Below are positions 1-7,994 of a stretch of DNA of 64,000 nt, piece by piece. The stretch lies in the sequence record NC_135732.1, one strand, 5' to 3'. Numbering within the stretch: position 1 is the stretch's first letter; each line of letters begins with the position of its first letter. The position numbers and the translations under genes are program-made. Source of the DNA: a phage. The notes below the pieces were generated by a model that ran no database searches, was not told where the DNA came from, and saw nothing but the letters and a program-made list of their open reading frames with translations.

Positions 1-12
1 CATCAGCAAAAA

Positions 13-113
13 GGTGCTAGGTGATGGAATCGAACCACCTATGTATTCAACGACTACCTCGTCTATTTTCAGGATTAAAAATCCTCGCCCTTGCCAAAGG
101 GCTTACCTAGCTC
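13..113 (-). tRNA. tRNA-like element, atypical (about 99 nt); possible degenerate or insert-containing tRNA
   Basis: Minus-strand read: 7-bp acceptor stem GCTAGGT/ACCTAGC, D-arm GCCC-loop-GGGC, canonical T-arm GGTGG-TTCGATT-CCATC. No clean anticodon arm; best guess loop UUUUUAA (anticodon UUU) followed by a ~30-nt extra region. Confidence 0.35.
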
Positions 114-209
114 AGTATGTTGACCATGTTGCTAGTCGGCGATGACGACTGTAACATTTGATAATCCGGTTCTGCTTCCGGCTTTCGCTTAATTACAAGG
201 TCAACAATA

Positions 210-300
210 TGGCTGAGGGTAATGGAATCGAACCATCATCAAGTCATCCTCAACGGGACGGTTTTCAAGACCGCTTGAGCACCATTGCTCCCTACCCTCA
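210..300 (-). tRNA. tRNA-Ser (anticodon UGA), long variable arm, CCA encoded
   Basis: Hand-folded on minus strand: acceptor TGAGGGT/ACCCTCA, anticodon loop CTTGAAA, T-arm GATGG-TTCGATT-CCATT, 3' CCA at 210-212. Confidence 0.75.
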
Positions 301-414
301 TTTATAAACAATACTGATAATGACACTGATTTTCGAGCAGTTAGTGACTAGTATAAACGACGATAAATATCAATGCCATTATCTGTATGATTTATGCATT
401 TAAAACTATAAATT

Positions 415-501
415 TGGTGGGGAGTGGTGGAGTCGAACCACCCGAGTCGCAATGACAATAGATTTACAGTCTACACCGCTACCCCTACGGGATAACTCCC
501 C
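415..501 (-). tRNA. tRNA-Tyr (anticodon GUA), long variable arm, CCA encoded
   Basis: Acceptor GGGGAGT/ACTCCCC, anticodon stem GTAGA/TCTAT with loop CTGTAAA, T-arm GGTGG-TTCGACT-CCACC. Confidence 0.75.
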
Positions 502-505
502 AATT

Positions 506-580
506 TGGCACCCCGTACTGGACTCGAACCAGTGTCAACGGCTTAGAAGGCCGCTGCTTTATCCACTAAGCTAACAGGGC
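506..580 (-). tRNA. tRNA-Arg (anticodon UCU), CCA encoded
   Basis: Acceptor GCCCTGT/ACGGGGT (with G:U pairs), D-stem GCTT/AAGC, anticodon stem GCGGC/GCCGT with loop CTTCTAA, T-arm ACTGG-TTCGAGT-CCAGT. Confidence 0.75.
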
Positions 581-676
581 ACGGGGTGGCTTTCTTTTAC
601 ACCTTAGCCGCCAGAAAAGGTGGGAGACCATGTTTACAATATTACACTGTTAAGCAAAGTTTGTCAAGAAAATATT

Positions 677-1015
677 TTAGCTATTGCTAACAGGTTGTAT
701 TTCTGTGGTAAATGGCATAAAAGGTGCTGGTTTTTCAGCCTCTTCTACTACCACCTCTTCCTCTTCACCAAACATCTCATCATATTCTTCCTGCATTCGG
801 TCTGCCTTATCAAGAACATACTCTGCAATGCTTTGACGAATATTTTGTTTGGTTTTCGGGTCCAACATCAGCTCTCTTAAAACTTTGTGAGCTTCTGGAA
901 CCATCGCTATAAAAGATTCCTTCATATCAAGGATGTTCTTCTCTAGCTGAATGGCGTTGGACTCCTCTTTCAGAGGTCTGCCTCTACGGCGACGCTTTTT
1001 AGTTGTATCCGCCAT
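677..1015 (-). CDS. hypothetical protein, basic N-terminus and acidic C-terminus
   Basis: ORF track 677..1135 trimmed to ATG at 1015 preceded by GGAGGAAAC RBS; the earlier in-frame part overlaps a spurious plus ORF. Confidence 0.5.
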   Translation of the reverse strand: MADTTKKRRRRGRPLKEESNAIQLEKNILDMKESFIAMVPEAHKVLRELMLDPKTKQNIRQSIAEYVLDKADRMQEEYDEMFGEEEEVVVEEAEKPAPFMPFTTEIQPVSNS

Positions 1016-1359
1016 GTTTCCTCCATTATCACGTGATAGGTGGATTTTATCATAGCAAACACTGATTGTCAAGTTCGCCGCATGGTGGTATTCCATGCGA
1101 CTTGTCCAGCGTCCTGGACCAGCAAGACCCAACAAGTGGGTTACCAGAGCCCATTACCGCACTTTGGCTCGACCTTATTACAGGTTGGCTGGGGTCACAT
1201 CGTCATGTGCTGGCTGCCCCTACCATTTTAAGTGTGGTGCACTATCAAGCCCTCTAAGGGGAACTCAGCCTTCTCCGAACCCTGTTTCAAAGCATCCGGA
1301 GATAAAGCCATCAAATTCATCTTTAAATTGGATATTCATCATGATACACGAAAACAACC

Positions 1360-1602
1360 TCATTGTAAAGCACAAATAAATAAAACATACTTAATTTGTT
1401 TGTTATCAGGCTCAGGGTAGAAGTAGAAGATCTTGCTATCACCGATCTGAACACCACCATCCCAACAGCATAGCCCATAACCCGTATTCATACAAGCTAA
1501 GTCGTTGGCAAAATCTATTGCATCATCCAGTGCACGAAATTCACCTTCATCTTCTAAATAATCCTCATTCATGGAACGAAAAACGAGCTTAACCTTAAAC
1601 AT
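1360..1602 (-). CDS. hypothetical protein
   Basis: 80-aa ORF in co-directional minus-strand block. Confidence 0.45.
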   Translation of the reverse strand: MFKVKLVFRSMNEDYLEDEGEFRALDDAIDFANDLACMNTGYGLCCWDGGVQIGDSKIFYFYPEPDNKQIKYVLFICALQ

Positions 1603-1678
1603 AGCATTACCTGTAGACCTCGTAAGTTAAAATTGCATCACATCATATTGCAGATCTTATCAGGTAACACTATTTTTG

Positions 1679-1888
1679 TCAACAGATTCCGGCCTTATCC
1701 TTCCTGTCTGCGTATTCTTTAATCGCAACCTCATCTGCATTAGTGACCAGGTCTTCAAAGTAACTCTCAAGCTCCTCGTCAATGTCAGGAGACCAGCTCT
1801 TTTTCCTGTCAGTGTGAATTGCAGACTTGTTGAACTTATTACAGTTCTTTGCTACCGGGTTGTTCATTAAGCGCTCCTCAGCGTTCAT
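1679..1888 (-). CDS. hypothetical protein
   Basis: 69-aa ORF, start overlaps stop of upstream gene. Confidence 0.4.
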   Translation of the reverse strand: MNAEERLMNNPVAKNCNKFNKSAIHTDRKKSWSPDIDEELESYFEDLVTNADEVAIKEYADRKDKAGIC

Positions 1889-2456
1889 AGTAAATCTTAT
1901 TTAACATTACCTCATCCTTTGCAGAAAGGATATCAAGATATGCATCACCAAATCTTCCTGCAACAACCTCTGCATGATACATCACTTCGTTAACATCGTC
2001 AAGAGTGATAACCGGATGACCATATCTTTCTGAATATTGTCTCAGGGTGCGATGTAACGAGTCGTCATCATATGCAGACTTTTTAATATCACAAACACGA
2101 CGAATAGCCTTGATGTCGAAAAAACCTGTGCGATACCACCCAAGAAAAAGGTTTCGTGCAGTGTCAACATCTACATTGATACCATCAAGAACCTTATCTA
2201 CAAGATAGCTGTCATCCTTTGGACCAGCGTCCTTAGTGCGAATGTAGTTGCCATCTTTTCCAGGCGACATCTCCTTCTCATCCCCAACCTGCATGCCATC
2301 ATTTGGCGGTGTTAGCCACTTATCCGGATGCTTACGATCACGAGCGTTAGAATGATTACGCTGGAAACCGGGCTTCCACTTGAAAGTTTTCTCCATCTGT
2401 TCTTCATTCTGATAACGTTTTGCAATCTTTTCACGGTCATCTTTGCGTGAACCCAT
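1878..2456 (-). CDS. hypothetical protein
   Basis: 192-aa ORF; GAGGAGG RBS 7 nt upstream of ATG at 2456. Confidence 0.55.
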   Translation of the reverse strand: MGSRKDDREKIAKRYQNEEQMEKTFKWKPGFQRNHSNARDRKHPDKWLTPPNDGMQVGDEKEMSPGKDGNYIRTKDAGPKDDSYLVDKVLDGINVDVDTARNLFLGWYRTGFFDIKAIRRVCDIKKSAYDDDSLHRTLRQYSERYGHPVITLDDVNEVMYHAEVVAGRFGDAYLDILSAKDEVMLNKIYYER

Positions 2457-2959
2457 AGCTGCCTCCTCTTCAAGTTATAGAAAAACTCACTGTATCGCTT
2501 TGTAACGAGCTTTTCTATCAAACTGGTGCGATTGCATTACCTGGTATAGTTTATATAGCTGTGGAGCGATTTAGGGGCCTTCTTGTCAGTTTCCACACAT
2601 AAACTTCATCCAAGCTCGCGCGGGAGACTCTCAACCGACTCCTTACGGCGCTGGCAAGCTTTCGTCGGTGGTCCACATCAGTGCTCGGCCTTTGGCCTGC
2701 GCTATCGCTTCGCTCCCACACATGTTAACAGACCTGTATGTATGAACTTCTGTTATTGTGTGCACCAAAGAGGCCCGGCATCTCGCCCCTCGTAGGCGAG
2801 TGCCAATGAAGGGCCGACACTGCCCATAGTAAGTAATAAATTTAAAACATGGTACTTAGGATCTAGTATATTCTACATAAGTTAAGTATATGTACTTAGT
2901 ACCATAAGTACTAGATCTTTTATTTTTTATTATTTAGTTATTTTAGTTATATTCTTTAT

Positions 2960-3042
2960 GTGTCCGTATCACGGACAGTTAGTGTCCGTATTACGGGCAG
3001 ATGTGTCCGCGTGACGGACAGTAGTGTCCGTATCACGGACAG
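2960..3042. repeat. Four tandem copies of a 19-bp palindrome GTGTCCGTATCACGGACAG (period 21-22 bp)
   Basis: Copies at 2960, 2982, 3003 and 3024; each is an inverted repeat GTCCGT..ACGGAC. Lies in an AT-rich intergenic gap between two minus-strand genes. Confidence 0.8.
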
Positions 3043-3116
3043 TTAATAGTATCCGTTCCATGGCGAACATAAAACATACGAATCCTTATAGTACAGATAT
3101 TTAAGTTTTTACTGGT

Positions 3117-3467
3117 CTAACCAGTTGTTGACATCCGAATAACTTCTTCTGGTGGCAAAACTTTGGAAAATGTGCATCTTTTACCTCTCCCTTGTGTGGA
3201 TGTTTCAACCACTCCTGCACATTCTAAAGTTTTAACGCACGCTGCTGCTTTTGTTTTCTTTATCCCAACATCTGCTGCAATTTTCCTTGTGCTTGGTGTG
3301 AAGCGTGAATTTCCTCCAAGCTTATACCAGTTGTGCAGGTAGCAGTATACGATCTTGTCATACAAGTCAAGAACAACAACCTCCCCAGTTGTGTCATTCA
3401 AAACTTTTGACATAGATAGTATTTCAAGGGGGACTTTAAGATATAGCAGCTTATCCCCATCTTTCAT
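3117..3467 (-). CDS. putative helix-turn-helix DNA-binding protein
   Basis: 116-aa ORF; segment TRKIAADVGIKKTKAAACVKTLECAGVVE resembles an HTH motif. Assignment by eye only. Confidence 0.45.
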   Translation of the reverse strand: MKDGDKLLYLKVPLEILSMSKVLNDTTGEVVVLDLYDKIVYCYLHNWYKLGGNSRFTPSTRKIAADVGIKKTKAAACVKTLECAGVVETSTQGRGKRCTFSKVLPPEEVIRMSTTG

Positions 3468-3514
3468 ATCTCCTGATTCTCCTTGTGTGGCAATTTTCTT
3501 TAAAATAGCAGGGA

Positions 3515-4069
3515 TTACTCCCTGCTGTCAATATCAAAACTCATTGCAATACGGTATGCCTCTTCTAATGGTAAGAGTCTCCCCCACACATCCCAACCGA
3601 CATCAAGCTGCCTGCCAAACAACTGTTGTGTGGTTCCGTGAGCATGACCGAACAGTTGGACTGATCCGTGAGGCTTTCTGTTCCACTTTGCAAACTGGTA
3701 ATGGCTCATACAGATCAAATTCTTGTTGTGGCGAAGCTCGTAATAATCTACAACCTCATGACCGAACTCTTTCATAATTCTGACAGTCGTCCTTGTGTCA
3801 TGGTTGCCACGAACAAGAATAATATGTCCGTTCAACATATTTAGAATATCTGGAAGTAAGTTGTTGATATTCTTATCATTAGTGCACGCAATATCTCCCA
3901 AGTGGAACACAGTGTCTGCAGGTGACACAACAGAGTTCCACTCGGCGATGATTCCCGCATTCATACTGTCAAGATTGTGATCATACTGAGATCTGTGTTT
4001 TTGACATGAATCAAACTCCATGACCCGCTGGTGGAGAAAGTGTGTGTCGCTTGTTACAAAGTATTTCAT
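3515..4069 (-). CDS. calcineurin-like metallophosphoesterase; candidate RNA-end phosphatase (Pnkp-type)
   Basis: Motifs SDTHF, GDIxxxND, GNHD and GHxH. Start set to MKYF at 4069; the track start 4174 overlaps the upstream gene. Confidence 0.7.
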   Translation of the reverse strand: MKYFVTSDTHFLHQRVMEFDSCQKHRSQYDHNLDSMNAGIIAEWNSVVSPADTVFHLGDIACTNDKNINNLLPDILNMLNGHIILVRGNHDTRTTVRIMKEFGHEVVDYYELRHNKNLICMSHYQFAKWNRKPHGSVQLFGHAHGTTQQLFGRQLDVGWDVWGRLLPLEEAYRIAMSFDIDSRE

Positions 4070-4076
4070 ACATTCC

Positions 4077-4487
4077 TCATTTAAGTTTAATGCAGTTTTT
4101 AAGCTGGCGTTCCATACGATCCACAACCTTGTCTGGAACATCATGAATGCTTTTATTACCGTGGCGGTTTTCAACCACGATCACGGTATAACTATACCCA
4201 TGACTGATTGCCATGTCAACATATTCCTGCACATGTTTTTCTTTTGTAAACGTATTACTTACCACGATACGGTCGTATCCCATACGCATCATATCTTCTA
4301 CGTTATCTTTGCACCATTTTGCTGCGAGTGTTACTTTACTTGCATCCCAGTTGTAATTGCCGTCATCGTCATACCAGAACATGTCGTTCTCAAAATGTGG
4401 ATACAGACCCTCTAAAGATAGCGCATTTGCCAGTGTTGATTTGCCAGACCCTGGTAGACCACGCACGATATATAGCATTTTAGACAT
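4077..4487 (-). CDS. P-loop polynucleotide kinase-like protein
   Basis: Walker A YIVRGLPGSGKSTLA resembles the T4 Pnk kinase domain. Start at MSKM (4487) with GGAGGG RBS. Confidence 0.65.
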   Translation of the reverse strand: MSKMLYIVRGLPGSGKSTLANALSLEGLYPHFENDMFWYDDDGNYNWDASKVTLAAKWCKDNVEDMMRMGYDRIVVSNTFTKEKHVQEYVDMAISHGYSYTVIVVENRHGNKSIHDVPDKVVDRMERQLKNCIKLK

Positions 4488-4608
4488 AGTGACCCTCCGT
4501 TTTAATTTCAACGGTAGTATACCTAACTGTTTTGTTAATTTCAAGTGTTGACACTAGGTTATTTGTGTGGCAGGATAGACTGACAAAATGACAAATGAGG
4601 AACGTATA

Positions 4609-5523
4609 ATGAAGTATTTTAATGCAGACGACCTGGTTGACAAAGGTCTTGTAACCAGTAGGTATTACCCAGATCTCGGGTTAAAGATCTATAAATATGC
4701 TAGAAAAGTATTTTACAACAATTTATGGCATTTGTCCCCTCGTTTACTGGAGTGCCGAGGCATTGTTGTAGGTAATGAAGGAAATGTTGTGGCATGGCCC
4801 TTCACAAAAGTGTTTAACTTGGGAGAAAACTCCACCAACCTGCCTGACAATAAGCTTGTGACTGCGGTAGAGAAAAAGAACGGATTCCTTGGTGTGGTAT
4901 CATCTCATAAAGGTGACCTATTGTTCTCAACAACCGGGTCTCTTGATTCTCCATATTGTAACCTTGCAAAGGAAACCATCCAAGAGCAATGTGGTAATTT
5001 AGATCTTATCAAGAAGGTTATGGGCAATGAAAACATGACATTCATGTTTGAAATTTGTCACCCTTCAGATCCGCATATTGTTCAAGAAGACCATGGCGCA
5101 TATTTGATAGGTTGCAGATATAATGATTCTGGAATAATGCTACCAGAAGCAGCTTTAGATGGGATTGCCAAATACCTTGGTGCAAAACGTCCTCACACTG
5201 TGCGTGAAATCCCGTTCAGCTATGCAAAAGAATTAGCCGCAGAAACAAGGGGCGAAGGGTATATGATCCGTAAGCCTTACTACCCTTATGACCTGCAGCT
5301 GAAGATCAAGTCTCCATACTACCTGGCACGGAAGGCCGTAATGAGGGGTAAAGCTTGGAAGATTTGGGATGATGATATCTTTAAACGTGTTGACGAAGAG
5401 TTTTACGGCATGGTAAACTTCATTCGTAACAATTACACAGAAGATGTGTGGAACTGCCTCCTGGAGCAGGAACGCCGTGAGATACTTGATTACTATTTCC
5501 ACAACGAGAACTATATGCAATGA
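4609..5523 (+). CDS. RNA ligase, Rnl1 family (T4 RnlA-like)
   Basis: Recalled similarity to T4 Rnl1: LECRGIVV, KVFNLGEN, and nucleotidyltransferase motif I KKNGF (Lys ~96). Start may be 4588 or 4609 (GAGGAA RBS). Confidence 0.8.
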   Translation: MKYFNADDLVDKGLVTSRYYPDLGLKIYKYARKVFYNNLWHLSPRLLECRGIVVGNEGNVVAWPFTKVFNLGENSTNLPDNKLVTAVEKKNGFLGVVSSHKGDLLFSTTGSLDSPYCNLAKETIQEQCGNLDLIKKVMGNENMTFMFEICHPSDPHIVQEDHGAYLIGCRYNDSGIMLPEAALDGIAKYLGAKRPHTVREIPFSYAKELAAETRGEGYMIRKPYYPYDLQLKIKSPYYLARKAVMRGKAWKIWDDDIFKRVDEEFYGMVNFIRNNYTEDVWNCLLEQERREILDYYFHNENYMQ

Positions 5524-5870
5524 AGAAGTTGATTGTGTGGCTGGATGACTTGAGAGATCCGTCAAATTATGGGCTCCCAGACGCTATTTGGCTAAAGAAT
5601 TCCTCCGAGTTTATAGATTTTATTAACGATAGGGGAAAGCTCTACAGACGCGTTTCTGAGTGGCACATGGACAACGACCTTGGAGAGTTGTTCGAAGGGT
5701 ACGATTGCCTATCTATGTTGGAGGAAAAATTTGTATTTGGTAAGCCCCCTGTAGTTGACAACGTGAAGATTTTCGTGCATACTTCTAACCCATCAGCGGC
5801 TCGTAAATTCATGCTTGCAGCTGACTCGTTTAAAAAGTTTGGAATAGAGATTAAACAAAACATCTACTGA
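5520..5870 (+). CDS. hypothetical protein, 116 aa, co-operonic with RNA ligase and Sir2-like gene
   Basis: ATGA start/stop overlap with the ligase gene. No recognisable family; short N-terminal strand IVWLDD. Confidence 0.5.
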   Translation: MKKLIVWLDDLRDPSNYGLPDAIWLKNSSEFIDFINDRGKLYRRVSEWHMDNDLGELFEGYDCLSMLEEKFVFGKPPVVDNVKIFVHTSNPSAARKFMLAADSFKKFGIEIKQNIY

Positions 5871-5878
5871 GGACACTT

Positions 5879-6640
5879 ATGCGACGACTGATTATTATCT
5901 CCGGTGCTGGTTTGAGCGCTGAATCTGGTATTCCCACTTTCCGATCTGGTAGCACTGCAATGTGGGAGAATTTCAGCATCGATGAGGTGTGCAACATCCA
6001 CACCTTTGCCAAGAACTACTACAAGGTGCATGACTTTTACAATGCACGTCGTGTAGCTCTAGGCGGTGTTGAGCCTAACCTTGCACATCTTCGGATCGCT
6101 GAGTGGTATTCCCGCTGGTCTGGTCGTGTGATCAACCTTACCACCAATGTAGATGATTTGCTGGAGCGTGCTGGTGTAAAACATGAAGATATTTTACATG
6201 TTCACGGGTATTTGCCAGAAATAGTCTATGAGGACGATGAAGGAAGTGACGTCATTAAGGACATTGGATACTCTGAGGTAGATGCAGGAAAGTATACCTG
6301 GGTTAAACCTAATGTGGTGTTCTTCGGAGAAGTAGCTCCGAAGTATACAGACATGTATGACCTGTTGACTTCTCTTACAAGCAATGATATGGTTATCCTT
6401 GTAGGGTGTTCCAACACAGTTATCAATTTTAACTGGGAGCTATTCCCTGCCTGCAATAAGGGCACCAAACTGCTGATCGTTAACAAATACGACTCACAGC
6501 ATCTAGAGGAGAATGGCATTTCACGTAGTGATATTTACCAGTACGAGGATCGCGGCATCCCGGTTTGGTTTAACGGGGCGGTTGACGCTTTCTCTGATAA
6601 AACATTCATTGAGACCGTAGAAAACTTTATGGAACTTTAA
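5879..6640 (+). CDS. Sir2-family (sirtuin-like) NAD-dependent protein lacking the zinc ribbon
   Basis: Sirtuin motifs GAGLSAESGIPTFR, TTNVDDL, HVHG, VVFFGE and VGCS..VINF..LLIVN. No CxxC...CxxC module after HG. Confidence 0.8.
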   Translation: MRRLIIISGAGLSAESGIPTFRSGSTAMWENFSIDEVCNIHTFAKNYYKVHDFYNARRVALGGVEPNLAHLRIAEWYSRWSGRVINLTTNVDDLLERAGVKHEDILHVHGYLPEIVYEDDEGSDVIKDIGYSEVDAGKYTWVKPNVVFFGEVAPKYTDMYDLLTSLTSNDMVILVGCSNTVINFNWELFPACNKGTKLLIVNKYDSQHLEENGISRSDIYQYEDRGIPVWFNGAVDAFSDKTFIETVENFMEL

Positions 6641-6653
6641 AAGGAGACCTTTA

Positions 6654-7367
6654 ATGCTGAATACTAAACTGATCGACAACCTGGAAAAACTGTCTCAGCC
6701 TGAAAACTATCTTTGGTCTGCCAACTGGGTGGAAAACTGGAACCGTGTGGCAGCTAAAGTGAAAAAATCATACACACCATTCGAATTACAGCTTAGCTTC
6801 ATTGAGGAAGAGTTCAATGAGGTTTTGGAAGAGCTGGAGAAAGGTGATGGTGGAGATCACCTGCTAAAAGAGGCCTGCGATCTTCACGTTGTCACAAGTT
6901 ATGCCGCTTATCTTGTTAATGATAATCACGAAAAGTGGTCAAACCTGTTTGATAATCCACGAGGTCTTAAGTTCAAGATCGGTGAGTTCTATGATACACT
7001 GATCGCTGCGAAAAACACATCCAAGCAAAGAGCGTCAGCTTACCGCTTAGCGGAGTTGTCAACAGCTTTGCTGTTCCAGCTTCGCGGCGATGTGTGTGGG
7101 ATGATGCGGAAGGTTCTCAAATCCAATGACAGCAAGTTTGCACGGATCAACCATCTACGATATTCTCACGGTGCCAGTGCAGATATGTCTACTGAATTGC
7201 TCATAGAGTTAGAGATTGAAGATCTTGAGCGTCGTTTTGGTGGTCGCTACGAAGGTTTCGTTGCTAAAGAGGAGTTCTACAACGGTAATAAAGTTATTAT
7301 ATTCCTTGACAGTAAAGGTAAGATTATGAAGCCTTCGAGCTTCAAGGATGTAACAGAGTATATTTAA
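6654..7367 (+). CDS. hypothetical protein; possible MazG-like NTP pyrophosphohydrolase
   Basis: 237-aa ORF; segment FIEEEFNEVLEELEKGDGGDHLLKEACD resembles a MazG/all-alpha NTP-PPase EExxE helix. Weak. Confidence 0.4.
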   Translation: MLNTKLIDNLEKLSQPENYLWSANWVENWNRVAAKVKKSYTPFELQLSFIEEEFNEVLEELEKGDGGDHLLKEACDLHVVTSYAAYLVNDNHEKWSNLFDNPRGLKFKIGEFYDTLIAAKNTSKQRASAYRLAELSTALLFQLRGDVCGMMRKVLKSNDSKFARINHLRYSHGASADMSTELLIELEIEDLERRFGGRYEGFVAKEEFYNGNKVIIFLDSKGKIMKPSSFKDVTEYI

Positions 7368-7372
7368 CAACA

Positions 7373-7398
7373 TAGCCGGGATTACCCGGCTTTACTTA
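7373..7398 (+). terminator. rho-independent terminator
   Basis: Hairpin AGCCGGG-attac-CCGGCT followed by a T-rich run. Confidence 0.6.
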
Positions 7399-7429
7399 TT
7401 ATGGAAAGTATGCAGTGAGGTAGTTAGTT

Positions 7430-7738
7430 ATGTACAAGCATTCCAGAGATCTTGAAAAAGATGCTGTGTTTGGCGACCAGATGAAGGAGCTGATCAAACT
7501 TATAGGTAGAATGGAAGATAAGTTTGACACTAAAATCTACATCGATAGCAAGATCTTCAACCACAAAATATGGACAAATGTGTGTGTTGGGCTACATGGT
7601 GATAAAGATATTGTAAATTTGGTTGTAATAAAGTTCATAGTGTGGCAGAATAGGACTATACGTTATTCCGATCCACACTTACTTGTTTATCCTATAAAAG
7701 ACCTACTACAGAAGGAGGACTGCAATGCCGTTATTTAA
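7430..7738 (+). CDS. hypothetical protein
   Basis: 102-aa ORF. Confidence 0.45.
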   Translation: MYKHSRDLEKDAVFGDQMKELIKLIGRMEDKFDTKIYIDSKIFNHKIWTNVCVGLHGDKDIVNLVVIKFIVWQNRTIRYSDPHLLVYPIKDLLQKEDCNAVI

Positions 7739-7994
7739 TCTTGCTAAACCTGTAGAAGCACACCAGTTTGATGGAAGCTCTTCATCAGTATCTGATCTGC
7801 AACGGTGGATTGATACAGGTGTGTTTACATCGTCACCTGTTCGGACCAGAGATATTCGTCGCATGTGTGAGCTTGTTGAGCCGTTTGGCAACTTGGTTTT
7901 GTACCAGGGAGATTGGTTAGTTGACTTTATGGGAGACTGGTTGGTAATGAGTAAAGAAGAGATGTTTAAAATTTTTAAGGAAGAGGCCGAGTAA
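7725..7994 (+). CDS. hypothetical protein
   Basis: 89-aa ORF, overlapping stop/start with neighbours. Confidence 0.45.
   Translation: MPLFNLAKPVEAHQFDGSSSSVSDLQRWIDTGVFTSSPVRTRDIRRMCELVEPFGNLVLYQGDWLVDFMGDWLVMSKEEMFKIFKEEAE

Noticed and set aside
620-880. Plus-strand 86-aa ORF next to the tRNA cluster
   Set aside because: Overlaps the better-supported minus-strand gene 677-1015 (which has a strong RBS); low-complexity Leu/Phe-rich translation.
2583-2795. Plus-strand 70-aa ORF in the GC-rich intergenic segment
   Set aside because: Opposite to the local gene direction, no RBS, Arg/Pro/Ser-rich translation typical of a GC-rich non-coding frame.
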